A DNA stretch of 64,000 bases, from assembly GCA_963736985.1 (NCBI GenBank), contig CAVTRH010000008.1, positions 176,711-240,710 of the forward strand, given 5' to 3'. Source of the stretch: an uncultured Acidobacteriaceae bacterium. GTDB taxonomy: Bacteria > Acidobacteriota > Terriglobia > Bryobacterales > Bryobacteraceae. Positions 27,458-37,383 of the stretch are shown here, piece by piece. The notes beneath the pieces were generated by a model that saw only the letters and a program-made list of their open reading frames with translations, searched no databases and had not been told where the DNA came from. How positions within the stretch are numbered: the stretch's first letter is position 1; the number at the start of each line of letters is the position of its first letter. Both the position numbers and the translations under genes were made by a program.

Positions 27458-28615
27458 TTACTGCGCAGCGAGTAAGCGCGATTCGAATGCCTTCATTACC
27501 TGGGGAAACTCGCCCGCTAAAATCGCCTGTCTCAGGCCGCGCATGACATCCAAGAAATACCGCACATTGTGCAGCGTAGCGAGCACTGAAAACAAAATCT
27601 CGCCCGCCTGGAAAAGATGACGAAGATACGCCCGCGAGAACGTCCGGCAGGTGTAGCAATCGCAGCCCGGATCCACCGGTCCCTCGTCGTCCGCGTACTG
27701 CCCGTGCTTGATCACCAGCTTGCCTTGTGACGTGAAGAGATACCCGTTGCGCGCATTTCGCGTTGGCAGCACGCAATCCATCATGTCGATGCCCTGCGCC
27801 ACATACCGCGGCAGCTCTTCCGGCATCCCCACGCCCATGGCGTAACGCGGCCGGTCTGCCGGCAGCAGCGGCGCCGTCACGCTCGCAATCTCATGACTCA
27901 GCTCCCGCGGCTCTCCCACCGAAAGCCCGCCGATGGCGTAACCCGGCGCATCCAGTTCCAATAGCTCCTCCGCGCACGCCCGCCGCAGGTCCGGAAACAT
28001 GGACCCTTGCACGATCGGAAACAGCGCCGAATCTAAACCTTTTTCGCGCTTCAGATAATGCGCGAATCCGTTACGTGCCCACCGCACCGTCCGTTTCATA
28101 GATTCCAGCGCCAGCCCTCGTTCGGCAGGGTAGGGAAGACACTCGTCGAGCGGCATCATGATGTCGCTCCCAAGCGACAACTGCACGTCAATAGTGGTTT
28201 CCGGCGTGAACAAATGCTGGTCGCCGTCCAGATGCGACCGGAACAGCACGCCCTCTTCCGTGACTTTGCGCAGCGTATCCAGGCTAAAGACCTGAAACCC
28301 GCCAGAATCAGTCAGGATCGCGCGTGGCCACGCCATGAACCGGTGCAGACCCCCAAGCCGCTCAATGCGCTCGTGGCCGGGACGCAGAAATAGATGATAC
28401 GTATTCGCGAGAATGATCTGCGCATCCAAATCGTTCGCGAGATCGCGCGAGGTAAGCGCTTTTACCGTTCCTTGCGTGCCTACCGGCATGAACACCGGCG
28501 TTTCGATCACGCCGTGCGCGGTGTGCAACAACCCTGCGCGAGCTCCCGTCTCCGGGCACTGCGCCTGAATCTCAAAGCGCACAGGGCGTGGGTTGCCCGT
28601 TGTGCGCGGTATCAT
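27458..28615 (-). CDS. tgt: tRNA-guanine transglycosylase (queuine tRNA-ribosyltransferase)
   Basis: TPVFMPVGTQGTVK, ILANTYHL, DSGGFQV, GYAIGGLSVGE, and the Zn site CDCYTC…H. Confidence 0.95.
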   Translation of the reverse strand: MIPRTTGNPRPVRFEIQAQCPETGARAGLLHTAHGVIETPVFMPVGTQGTVKALTSRDLANDLDAQIILANTYHLFLRPGHERIERLGGLHRFMAWPRAILTDSGGFQVFSLDTLRKVTEEGVLFRSHLDGDQHLFTPETTIDVQLSLGSDIMMPLDECLPYPAERGLALESMKRTVRWARNGFAHYLKREKGLDSALFPIVQGSMFPDLRRACAEELLELDAPGYAIGGLSVGEPRELSHEIASVTAPLLPADRPRYAMGVGMPEELPRYVAQGIDMMDCVLPTRNARNGYLFTSQGKLVIKHGQYADDEGPVDPGCDCYTCRTFSRAYLRHLFQAGEILFSVLATLHNVRYFLDVMRGLRQAILAGEFPQVMKAFESRLLAAQ

Positions 28616-28676
28616 TCGAACCTCACCAGCCCATTTTCACTCGCTTGCTACGATTGAATTTTCCGACCCCGCCGGA

Positions 28677-30104
28677 ATGTCCCTTCGTTTCTATAACACT
28701 CTTACCCAGGAGTTGGAAGAGTTTCACCCGCTCGACGGCAAGACCGTCCGCATGTATACGTGCGGTCCTACCGTTTATAACTTCGCCCATATCGGCAACT
28801 TTCGCGCGTTTACCTTTGAGGACGTGCTGCGGCGATGGCTTCGCTACCGCGGCTACGGCCTGAATCAGGTGATGAACGTAACCGATGTCGACGACAAAAT
28901 CATCGCCAACGCCGCGAAAGAGAGTAAATCCATCGAAGAGTACACGGCCGTCTACACCAAGGCTTTCTTCGAAGATGCGGCAGCCTTACGCCTGGAGCAG
29001 CCGGAGCACGTGGCAAAAGCCACTCAGCACATACACGTGATGGTAAAGGCCATCGAAGAGCTCTCAGCCAAAGGTTGCACTTATAAGAGCGACGGTTCCA
29101 CTTACTTTCAAATCTCCGCCTTTCCCGATTACGGCAAGCTTTCGCACAACGATTTCCGTGGTATTCGCAGCGGCGCGCGAGTCGATGTCGACGAATACGA
29201 CAAAGCGGACGCCCGCGATTTCGTCTTATGGAAGGCCCAGAAGGATTCCGAGCCGGCCTGGCAAACCTCCATCGGAAGTGGCCGTCCCGGCTGGCACATC
29301 GAATGTTCGGCCATGGCAATGAGTTATCTCGGAGCGACGCTTGATATTCACGCCGGCGGAGTCGATCTTATTTTTCCGCATCATGAAAACGAGATTGCGC
29401 AATCGGAATCCATCACCGGAAAACCGTTTTCCCGCTTCTGGCTGCATTCCGAGCATCTGCACATCGAATCGCAAAAGATGTCTAAGTCGCTCGGTAACTT
29501 CTACACTCTTCGCGACCTTCTCGAGATGGGATATCAGCCCGAGGCGATCCGCTATTTATTAGCTTCTGTTCCTTATCGCAAGAAACTGAATTTCACATTT
29601 GAAGGACTAAAGGCCGCGGCTAAAAGCATCGAACGTCTGCGCGATTTCGAGCTGCGCGTTACCTCTTCCAAGCTTCCCGCGGGCCGCAATGAAGATATGA
29701 GTGAGCGGTCGCGCGAAGCCATCCGCCAGTTCGAAACGGGTATGGATGACGATCTCAATACGGCCGAGGCGCTCGCCGCTATCTTCGAATACGTCCGCGC
29801 CATGAATACGGCGCTCGACGAAGGCCGTTTCCAGGAGGAGAATCGGTGGGATTCCGCGCGCGTGCTCGAGGTATTCGACTGCGTTTTCGATGTTCTGAAG
29901 CCTTCCGATCCTGCAGCGCTGCCGGGTGGCGCGCCTGAGACCGCTTCGCTGAGCGACGCCCAAATAGACGCTTACATCGCCGAGCGCGCCCAAGCGAAGA
30001 AGACCCGTAACTTCGCGCGCGCAGATGAAATCCGCGCCCTGCTTCTTGAAAGCAATATCGTGCTCGAAGACACAAAAGAAGGTGTTCGCTGGAAACGCAA
30101 ATGA
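28677..30104 (+). CDS. cysS: cysteine--tRNA ligase
   Basis: MSLRFYNTLTQELEEF…MYTCGPTVYNFAHIGN (HIGH-type motif), KMSKSLGN (KMSKS), and CysRS Zn-binding residues. The track ORF starts earlier at 28593, which would overlap the tgt start. Confidence 0.95.
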   Translation: MSLRFYNTLTQELEEFHPLDGKTVRMYTCGPTVYNFAHIGNFRAFTFEDVLRRWLRYRGYGLNQVMNVTDVDDKIIANAAKESKSIEEYTAVYTKAFFEDAAALRLEQPEHVAKATQHIHVMVKAIEELSAKGCTYKSDGSTYFQISAFPDYGKLSHNDFRGIRSGARVDVDEYDKADARDFVLWKAQKDSEPAWQTSIGSGRPGWHIECSAMAMSYLGATLDIHAGGVDLIFPHHENEIAQSESITGKPFSRFWLHSEHLHIESQKMSKSLGNFYTLRDLLEMGYQPEAIRYLLASVPYRKKLNFTFEGLKAAAKSIERLRDFELRVTSSKLPAGRNEDMSERSREAIRQFETGMDDDLNTAEALAAIFEYVRAMNTALDEGRFQEENRWDSARVLEVFDCVFDVLKPSDPAALPGGAPETASLSDAQIDAYIAERAQAKKTRNFARADEIRALLLESNIVLEDTKEGVRWKRK

Positions 30105-31288
30105 AATTCGAATCTCAAGTCGTGCATGCCGGCGACCGCAAGCGCGCCAACGGCTCCGCAGTCCCATCCACCACGCCCATTCATCTCGCCACCACTTATT
30201 TGTACGAATCGACCGCGCGGCTCGATCGCGTCTTTGGGGGTGAAGAAGAAGGCCCCAGTTACTCGCGATATGACAATCCGACCAACGATGCGCTCGAAGA
30301 GCTGACGACAACCCTCGAAAACGGCCACGGATCGCTCGCCACCGCCTCCGGCATGGCTGCCATCCAGGTCGCCTTGCAAGCCGCCCTGATGGATCGCCCA
30401 CATCGTGTGCTTTCCGCCAACGCCGTTTATGGCGCAACCATCAAAATGGCCGAGCAATTCTTTTCCCCATTTGGAGTCGATTTCACCTACATCGATATCT
30501 GCGATCTCAGCGCAGTCGAGCGCGCCATCGTTGAAAAAAAGCCCGGTTGCGTATTCATGGAGAGTGTCTCGAATCCACTCTTGCGTGTCGGCCGCATGGA
30601 CAAAATCGCGGAGCTTGCTCGCGAGGCCGGCGCGGCCCTGGTCGTAGACAACACCTTCGCCACGCCCATGCTGCTTCGCCCTCTGGAACTCGGCGCAAAC
30701 ATCGTCGTGCACAGCGCGACTAAATATCTCGCCGGCCATGGCGACGTTCTCGGCGGCATCCTCGTCAGTGACGAGCAGCATTATCAGCCCGTGCGAACGC
30801 TCGCGCGCATTGCGGGTCCGGTTCTAGGGCCATTCGAAAGTTACCTCACCATGCGCGGCATCAAAACACTTGCTTTGCGCTTCGAGCGCCAGTGCGGTAA
30901 CGCGAAAATTCTCGCCGAATGGCTTGCCAATCATCCCCGTATTGAGCGCGTCTACTACTGCGCCGATCCCAATCATCCCGACGCCTGCGCCATCAACCAG
31001 CTATTCGCACGCGATCTATTCGGCGCCATTTTGAGTTTTGAAATCAAGGGCGCGGACAAAGCCGGCGTGATGTCCTTCATGGATCGCCTGCGCATGATTG
31101 TGCCCGGAACTTCGCTCGGCGATGTCCACACGCTTTTGCTCTATCCCCTGATTGCTTCCCATCGCGATATCTCGCCAAAAATGCGCGAACGCATGGGAAT
31201 TCGCGAAAATCTGGTCCGCCTCGCAGTTGGAATCGAAGCCGTCGAAGATATCATTTCCGACCTCGATGACGCGCTGCGCGGTACTTAG
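30101..31288 (+). CDS. PLP-dependent Cys/Met-metabolism (trans-sulfuration) family enzyme
   Basis: …YSRYDNPT…, …VVHSATKYLAGHGDVLGG… (PLP lysine motif SxTKY) and …SLGDVHTLL.YP…. The start overlaps the cysS stop (ATGA). The exact activity (gamma-synthase, gamma-lyase or sulfhydrylase) cannot be resolved by eye. Confidence 0.85.
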   Translation: MKFESQVVHAGDRKRANGSAVPSTTPIHLATTYLYESTARLDRVFGGEEEGPSYSRYDNPTNDALEELTTTLENGHGSLATASGMAAIQVALQAALMDRPHRVLSANAVYGATIKMAEQFFSPFGVDFTYIDICDLSAVERAIVEKKPGCVFMESVSNPLLRVGRMDKIAELAREAGAALVVDNTFATPMLLRPLELGANIVVHSATKYLAGHGDVLGGILVSDEQHYQPVRTLARIAGPVLGPFESYLTMRGIKTLALRFERQCGNAKILAEWLANHPRIERVYYCADPNHPDACAINQLFARDLFGAILSFEIKGADKAGVMSFMDRLRMIVPGTSLGDVHTLLLYPLIASHRDISPKMRERMGIRENLVRLAVGIEAVEDIISDLDDALRGT

Positions 31289-31338
31289 TGCCAAGATCGT
31301 ATAGGATCCTCTGGAGCCTGCTAATCTAGGTTCGGTCT

Positions 31339-32712
31339 GTGTTCGCCCATCATCGCAAAAGAATTCAATTGCTGTTCGCGATCGCGGACGCCGTCCTCAC
31401 AATCCTCGCGTTTGAGTTGGCATATTTCACGCGCATACATCTTGCGCTCGATCGCCTGTTTTTTCTGAGGCTGCATAATCACGTTCTTCTAATCTGCTTT
31501 TGCGTGCTAGTCTGGGTTGCGCTCGGTCCGCTTCAGCGCGTCTACGAATACCTGGATTCGGCAAAACCCCTGCGGCTGCTGGGAAACACGGTTCGCCAGT
31601 GCGTTTTCGCAACCGTGCTGGTCATTATCTTCCAGTACCTTCTCCGTCTCGATCCGCCGCTGAGCCGCAGCTTTCTCTTCCTCTTGTTTGGCTACGCTTT
31701 TGTCCTGCTCGCGATGTTCCGCTGGATGTCTCCGCGCCTGATCGGCGCTTTCCAGCGGGGATTCGGCAGCCCCTATCACATCGTGGTAGTCGGTAGTGGT
31801 GAGAAAGCCTCCTCGCTTTCCCGCCATCTGGTTGAAGGCTCGCCGTTTCGCATTGAGGTCATCGCTATTCTTCGAGAGCAGGACTGCAAGCAAGAGCTAC
31901 CCGTATTGCTGACCCGCCATGTCGTCGACGAGGTGATCTTCGATGTCGAAAGCAGCAGACTAGCCGACCTCGAAGACGTCTTTCTGCACTGCGATGAAGA
32001 AGGTATCCGGACGCGCGTCGCGGTTGACTTCTTCCCTCACGTAAATAGCGAGGTAACTCTCGATCGCGTGGGCGAAGCCCCGCTGCTCACGTTTTCCGCA
32101 GCGCCCCTCGACGATCTTCGCCTGCTTCTCAAACGCTTCTTCGATATCGTTGCCTCCGCCGCAGCCTTGATCGTTCTTTCGCCATTCTTCGGATTTATCG
32201 CCCTGGTGATCAAAGCCACCTCGCCGGGGCCTGTCATTTTCCGCCAGTCGCGCTGTGGTCTGAATGGCAGGCGATTCGTGATGTACAAATTCCGCTCCAT
32301 GGTCCAAAACGCCGACGAGTTGAAACAGAAACTCGAACATTTGAGCGAACGACAAGTGGCGTTCAAGTTGGCTCACGATCCGCGCGTGACGCCGATCGGC
32401 CGTTGGATTCGCAAATTCTCCATAGATGAGTTTCCGCAGCTCTTTAACGTGTTGCGGGGTGACATGTCGATCGTCGGACCGCGCCCGCCTCTACCCGCGG
32501 AAGTCGATCGCTATGAGCGTTGGCAGCGCCGCCGTTTGCGCATGCGCCCCGGCCTCACGTGTCTGTGGGCCGTTTGCGGCCGGGACCGCATCGATTTCAA
32601 CACCTGGATGCGGCTCGATATCTCCTACATCGAAAATTGGTCGTTGAAACTGGACTGCTCTATTATTTTGCGCTCCATCCCGCACGTGTTGGCTGGACGC
32701 GGGGCGCATTGA
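31339..32712 (+). CDS. exopolysaccharide polyprenyl glycosylphosphotransferase (bacterial sugar transferase family)
   Basis: Four or five N-terminal TM segments, then the conserved C-terminal catalytic domain (KRFFDIV.S…PGPVIFRQ.R.G.NG…F.MYKFRSM…DPR.TP.GRW.RK.S.DE.PQL.NVL.GDMS.VGPRP). GTG start. Confidence 0.85.
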   Translation: MFAHHRKRIQLLFAIADAVLTILAFELAYFTRIHLALDRLFFLRLHNHVLLICFCVLVWVALGPLQRVYEYLDSAKPLRLLGNTVRQCVFATVLVIIFQYLLRLDPPLSRSFLFLLFGYAFVLLAMFRWMSPRLIGAFQRGFGSPYHIVVVGSGEKASSLSRHLVEGSPFRIEVIAILREQDCKQELPVLLTRHVVDEVIFDVESSRLADLEDVFLHCDEEGIRTRVAVDFFPHVNSEVTLDRVGEAPLLTFSAAPLDDLRLLLKRFFDIVASAAALIVLSPFFGFIALVIKATSPGPVIFRQSRCGLNGRRFVMYKFRSMVQNADELKQKLEHLSERQVAFKLAHDPRVTPIGRWIRKFSIDEFPQLFNVLRGDMSIVGPRPPLPAEVDRYERWQRRRLRMRPGLTCLWAVCGRDRIDFNTWMRLDISYIENWSLKLDCSIILRSIPHVLAGRGAH

Positions 32713-32730
32713 TAGACCACGGAAAACTCC

Positions 32731-33345
32731 ATGCATCTCATACCTACAAACGAAGAAGTCATTGGCATGCTGCGCGAGACTGGCGCGCTGCGCGACGGAC
32801 ACTTCGAATATTCGAACGGCATGCATTCCGATGAATACCTGCAAGTCGCCCTCGCGTTTCGTTATTTTCAGTACGCGAAAATTTTGGGCGTCGGCCTGAG
32901 CCGCCGTTTGCGCGCCGATACCGAGATCCGCGCCATGGTGAAGGAACTGTCGATCGTCTGCCCGAACACGGGGGGATTGCCGGTTGCCTACGGCGTATGC
33001 GAAGCCCTCCGCGCCGGCCAGGTTTATTGGGCGGAGCAGGACACCGACGCTTCTCCCATGCGCTTCCGGCAATTCGTTCAGCCCGCCAAAGGCGAAAAGG
33101 TTCTGTTGGTAGACGATATCCTGCGTTCGGGCCGGCGTCTCACGGAGCTGCGCAACCTGGTCGAATCCTACGGGGCCGAAATCGTCGGTCTTGCCGTCGC
33201 TGTCTATCAGCCCAACCCGAGCGTTGCGAGCTTCGGCAGCCTTCCTCTTTATTGGCTGGCGAAAATGGACGCTTCCTATTACAAAGATTCGAGTGCCTGC
33301 GATCTGTGCCGCCGCGGCGTGCCGCTTCAGAAGATCTGGGCCTGA
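32731..33345 (+). CDS. orotate phosphoribosyltransferase-like PRTase
   Basis: GHFEYSNGMHSDEYL… and the PRPP-binding loop KVLLVDDILRSGRRL. Confidence 0.7.
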   Translation: MHLIPTNEEVIGMLRETGALRDGHFEYSNGMHSDEYLQVALAFRYFQYAKILGVGLSRRLRADTEIRAMVKELSIVCPNTGGLPVAYGVCEALRAGQVYWAEQDTDASPMRFRQFVQPAKGEKVLLVDDILRSGRRLTELRNLVESYGAEIVGLAVAVYQPNPSVASFGSLPLYWLAKMDASYYKDSSACDLCRRGVPLQKIWA

Positions 33346-33416
33346 CCGGCTCCTTGGGCGGCGAGAAAATCGGCCGCTTGCTCGCACCTGATTTTTGAGA
33401 ACCGCTCTCCGAGTCA

Positions 33417-33878
33417 ATGATGCGCGCCCTGCTTTTAGCCGCTGTTCTGTGTCTCTGCGCGTTTACTGCAGCCGCGAGCCGGGACGGCAGCCGCGCCGAG
33501 TATGTAGGCGGCACGCGTCCGGATTTCCCGGCCAACAACTCAGGCGACATCCACGTTACCGACCACGTCTACTTCATCTTCATTTCCAAACACACCACCA
33601 TCAAAGTGCCGTATGAGCGCATTAACTTGCTCGAATACGGCCAAAAAGTAGATCGCCGCTATATTGCCGCCGCGGTAATTTCACCGCTTTTTCTGCTCGC
33701 CAAAAAACGCGAGCACTTTCTGACCGTCGGCTTCCAGGACGACGACGGCCAGCAACAGGCGATGGTCTTTCGGGTAGACAAGAGCGATATTCGCTTGACG
33801 CTTGTGGCACTCGAGGCCCGAACCGGACAACAGGTGCAATATCAGGACGAAGAAGCCAGAATCGCAGGGAAAGGATGA
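33417..33878 (+). CDS. exported hypothetical protein
   Basis: Signal peptide MMRALLLAAVLCLCAFTAAAS. Overlaps the next gene by 4 nt (ATGA). Confidence 0.6.
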   Translation: MMRALLLAAVLCLCAFTAAASRDGSRAEYVGGTRPDFPANNSGDIHVTDHVYFIFISKHTTIKVPYERINLLEYGQKVDRRYIAAAVISPLFLLAKKREHFLTVGFQDDDGQQQAMVFRVDKSDIRLTLVALEARTGQQVQYQDEEARIAGKG

Positions 33879-34486
33879 GGCTTCGCGCCGGCATCAGTCT
33901 TCTCTTGCTCGCGTCCGCGGTTTACGCGCAGAAATCGGGCGCGGATTCGGGTGTCGCGAGTCTGCTCGACGTCAAGCGCGTTTATGTCGAGACGCTGAAG
34001 GGCGGGCCGCAGGCCGACGCTCTTCGCGAGTTGCTGATCGCCAGCCTGGATTCGACCAAACTGTTCGTCATGACCGACAACCCCGATCGTGCAGACGCAG
34101 TTTTAAAAGGCGCCGCCGATGACCACGCCTTTACGGATACGTTCGATAGCGAGGACAGCGTCAATGATCGCCAGAGCGGCGGGAAATCTTCTGGCAGTTC
34201 GTACTCGAGCAGAAGCAGCCTGTCTCTTGGAATCGGTGTGGGCGAGAACGAGTCTCATCACATCAAAGAACGCAAACATGAAGCGTATGCCGCTGTCCGG
34301 CTTTGTAACCGCGATGGAGACGTGTTGTGGTCTACAACGCAAGAGAGCCAGGGAGCTAAATTCCGGGGCGCGAGCGCCGATGTCGCGGCCAAAGTGGCGC
34401 GCCAGTTGACGCTCGATATGGATCGATTGCGACGGCCGCCAGCCGACGCGAAGACGCTCTCGAATCCCACCGCGCCGAAGCCTTAG
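33875..34486 (+). CDS. exported hypothetical protein
   Basis: Signal peptide MRLRAGISLLLLASAVYAQ. Translationally coupled to the previous ORF. Confidence 0.6.
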   Translation: MRLRAGISLLLLASAVYAQKSGADSGVASLLDVKRVYVETLKGGPQADALRELLIASLDSTKLFVMTDNPDRADAVLKGAADDHAFTDTFDSEDSVNDRQSGGKSSGSSYSSRSSLSLGIGVGENESHHIKERKHEAYAAVRLCNRDGDVLWSTTQESQGAKFRGASADVAAKVARQLTLDMDRLRRPPADAKTLSNPTAPKP

Positions 34487-34723
34487 AGTGCGCTATAGGG
34501 TTCTGGACCGCTATCAACACTGCGGGCTGGAGGGCTCACGGATCGGGCGCGGAGTCCTCAGCGTTACGCCGTCAGCTTGACACCGCATCGTGGAGCTTGC
34601 TTCTGCACGTCGCTGATCGGATCGCCGAGGCTCGGCCATCGCCGAAAACCGGCAACGACGTCATGCAGAACAGAATCGGTTCCTTCGATCGCCAAGTAGA
34701 TGAGCTGGATAAAATGAAGCGTC

Positions 34724-35893
34724 ATGGCACGTTTTCCCGGTGTCGATTACATCCAATTTGACTCACTGTTAAGCGAGCAAGAGCTGCTGGTTCGGCAGAC
34801 GGCGCGCCAGTTTGTCGATGAGCGGGTATTGCCAATCGTGCGCGAGGCTTTCAACAGCGGCGTCTTTCCGAAGGAAGTGATTCCAGAGATGGCAGAGTTA
34901 GGTTTTTTCGGAGCCAATCTCCAAGGCTATGGTTGCGCAGGCATGAACAACGTCGAATATGGGTTGATCATGCAGGAGATTGAGCGCGGCGACTCAGGGT
35001 TGCGCAGTTTTGTCAGCGTGCAGGGCGCACTGGTGATGTACCCGATTCTTACCTATGGGTCTGAGCAACAGAAGCAGCGTTGGCTGCCGGAACTGCAGTC
35101 GGGAAAGGCGATTGGATGCTTTGGCTTGACCGAACCGGGATTCGGATCGAATCCTTCGGGCATGCGCACGACGGCTGAGCAACGAGGCGATCGATGGGTG
35201 CTGAACGGAGAAAAGACCTGGATCACGAACGGATCGGTTGCGGAGGTCGCGGTGGTTTGGGCGCGAACGCCGGACGGTATCCGGGGATTCCTCATCGAAA
35301 AAGGCACGCCCGGTTATTCGACAAGTGATATTCACGGGAAATTGTCGATGCGAGCTTCTGTTACCTCAAGCCTGCACTTTGCGGATTGCACCGTGCCGCG
35401 AGAGAATCAATTGCCCTGCGCCAAAGGCCTGAAAGCGGCACTGGCGTGTTTGTCGCAGGCGCGATTCGGCATTGGGTGGGGAGTTCTGGGAGCCGCGATG
35501 GATTGCTACGAGACGGCTCGCGCGTATTCTCTTACGCGCAAGCAGTTCGATGAGCGGCCGCTTGCGAGTCACCAGCTCGTGCAAGAAAAGCTGGCCTGGA
35601 TGATCACCGAAATTACAAAGGCTCAACTGCTGGCCCTGCAAGTGGCGAAGCTGAAGGACGCGGGCAAAGTGGAAGCCGCGCACATTTCGATGCTCAAGCG
35701 CAATAACGTCGCAATCGCGCTCGAATGCGCCCGGCTCAGCCGTGATTTGCTCGGCGCCAACGGCATTATGGACGAATACCCGATCATGCGGCATATGTGC
35801 AATCTCGAGACGGTGAAGACCTATGAGGGCACCGAGCATATCCACACGCTCATAATTGGCGAAAAGGTGACCGGTATTCCGGCGTACCGTTAG
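34724..35893 (+). CDS. gcdH: glutaryl-CoA dehydrogenase
   Basis: Matches the glutaryl-CoA dehydrogenase pattern along the whole length: GYGCAGM…YGL…E.ERGDSG.RS..SVQ..LVM.PI..YGSE.Q…GCFGLTEP..GS.PS.M.T…W.LNG.K.WITN…RGF..EKG..G…I.GK.S.RAS.T…NN.A…R..RD.LG.NGI.DEY…RH..NLE.V.TYEGT..IH.LI.G…TG. Confidence 0.9.
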   Translation: MARFPGVDYIQFDSLLSEQELLVRQTARQFVDERVLPIVREAFNSGVFPKEVIPEMAELGFFGANLQGYGCAGMNNVEYGLIMQEIERGDSGLRSFVSVQGALVMYPILTYGSEQQKQRWLPELQSGKAIGCFGLTEPGFGSNPSGMRTTAEQRGDRWVLNGEKTWITNGSVAEVAVVWARTPDGIRGFLIEKGTPGYSTSDIHGKLSMRASVTSSLHFADCTVPRENQLPCAKGLKAALACLSQARFGIGWGVLGAAMDCYETARAYSLTRKQFDERPLASHQLVQEKLAWMITEITKAQLLALQVAKLKDAGKVEAAHISMLKRNNVAIALECARLSRDLLGANGIMDEYPIMRHMCNLETVKTYEGTEHIHTLIIGEKVTGIPAYR

Positions 35894-36297
35894 TTCAATT
35901 GTGTCTCAATCTGCTTGTGGAGCACCGCAACACCCGGATCGCGGTGAACCACACCCGAATAGCGTTTCCAGAACCCGTTTTCATCGCGTGACGGCGAGAG
36001 CAGCGCGCGCATGTCTTCGATCAACCGCTCGAAGTCGCGCGAGGTTGCGGGCGGACGCTTGGCCGCAAGAGTTTCATCAATCTGCACCAGCAGGGAGGTT
36101 ACCGGGCGCAGCCATGCAAAAGAAGCATCATTAATAAGCAATTGTAGAAACGCGGCTGGCGACCCGACCGGTCCGTGCGTAATCTCATAGGCGGTGCGCT
36201 CGGAGTCAAGCAGCGCTTTGTGCAACGTCAACAACGTCTCCCGAAGCGCTGCCAACCGTTCTCGCGCGGGGTCAGAAGCCGCTTCAGATAACTCCAT
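35890..36297 (-). CDS. hypothetical protein (135 aa)
   Basis: Clean ORF convergent with gcdH, overlapping it by 4 nt. Predicted helical, with no recognisable motif. Confidence 0.5.
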   Translation of the reverse strand: MELSEAASDPARERLAALRETLLTLHKALLDSERTAYEITHGPVGSPAAFLQLLINDASFAWLRPVTSLLVQIDETLAAKRPPATSRDFERLIEDMRALLSPSRDENGFWKRYSGVVHRDPGVAVLHKQIETQLN

Positions 36298-36385
36298 TCA
36301 CCTTAAGGTTAACGCGGGCAAGCATGGCATTAACGCCTTGCCGATTTGAGGTCGCGAAGCCTCGAAGTACTAGTGACTCGTGCAA

Positions 36386-36414
36386 TTGAATTTCGCTGCT
36401 GAAGGGTGTATATT
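36386..36414 (+). promoter_or_regulatory. candidate sigma70-type promoter
   Basis: TTGAAT (36386-36391), a 17-nt spacer, then TATATT (36409-36414). It lies 64 nt upstream of ATG 36478. This is pattern matching only. Confidence 0.3.
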
Positions 36415-36477
36415 CTTTGGATCTCCTCTAGTTCATCTCTGGTAGGGATTTATAACGCTATTAGGACGGGATGTTCG

Positions 36478-37332
36478 ATGCGAAGAATGATGGTTTTCGC
36501 TTCCACTGCCGCTGTACTGGTCGGAATTTCGCTCACTGCCGCCGCGCAGGACCCGAGATCGTCGATCCATGATGCCTTGGTCGCGAAATATGCTCTCACA
36601 AAGCCTACTGCCGATAAGACCGACATTGTCACGGCAGGGGCGGTGCTAGTCCTTGAAAAAGACGATTTGATGATGGAGGATGTCACCAACCCGAATCCCT
36701 ATCAGAACACGTATAAGAACGGAAGAATCACCCAGAACGCGCTGGGTAGGTTCTCGAAGTGGTCGCATAGTCTTCCCGGTGCAGCGAAAGAAGATACATC
36801 AATACGACGATTCGTGGCTGGGGAAAAGATGTGGGTGACCAAGATCGACGTAAAAGAAAACGGCGTCCTTTTTGAGCTGTTCACGGATGCTTACAACGAT
36901 GTGCGCTATGGGGCGACCCTCCTTTTCCCGTTCCCCAAAGGCTCCGTACCCTCTAAAGATGAAGCCGAGAAACTGGTTGGGGAAGTGTTCAACGTGCAAC
37001 CCGCGGACGACGCTAAGGATGGACAGCAGCAGGCCCCGGCTGGCGGGCAGCAGGCAGCCTCGAACCCGGCCCCGGCAAATGGGCCGGCTCAGGGCGCGCC
37101 GGCTCAGCCCGCGCCTGCGCAGCAACAGACTGAAGCGCCGCCTCCTGCTATCGCTCCTCCGCCGCCCCCGCCGGCCGATCCCAAGACGGTTTCAATTGGT
37201 CAAACGCCCGATCAGGTGACAGCATCGCTCGGCCAGCCCGAAAAGATCGTCAAGCTGGGCACTAAACAGATTTATTACTACAAGGACATGAAAGTTATTT
37301 TCGTCAATGGCAAGGTCAGTGACGTGCAGTAA
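36478..37332 (+). CDS. secreted protein with Pro-rich linker and BamE(SmpA/OmlA)-like C-terminal domain
   Basis: Signal peptide MRRMMVFASTAAVLVGISLTAAAQ. Linker …QQQTEAPPPAIAPPPPPPADPKT. C-terminal sequence VSIGQTPDQVTASLGQPEKIVKLGTKQIYYYKDMKVIFVNGKVSDVQ. Confidence 0.75.
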   Translation: MRRMMVFASTAAVLVGISLTAAAQDPRSSIHDALVAKYALTKPTADKTDIVTAGAVLVLEKDDLMMEDVTNPNPYQNTYKNGRITQNALGRFSKWSHSLPGAAKEDTSIRRFVAGEKMWVTKIDVKENGVLFELFTDAYNDVRYGATLLFPFPKGSVPSKDEAEKLVGEVFNVQPADDAKDGQQQAPAGGQQAASNPAPANGPAQGAPAQPAPAQQQTEAPPPAIAPPPPPPADPKTVSIGQTPDQVTASLGQPEKIVKLGTKQIYYYKDMKVIFVNGKVSDVQ

Positions 37333-37383
37333 GGTGCCCTTAGTGGCTGCAACAGGTAGGATTCATCAGGGCTAGGAGAAATT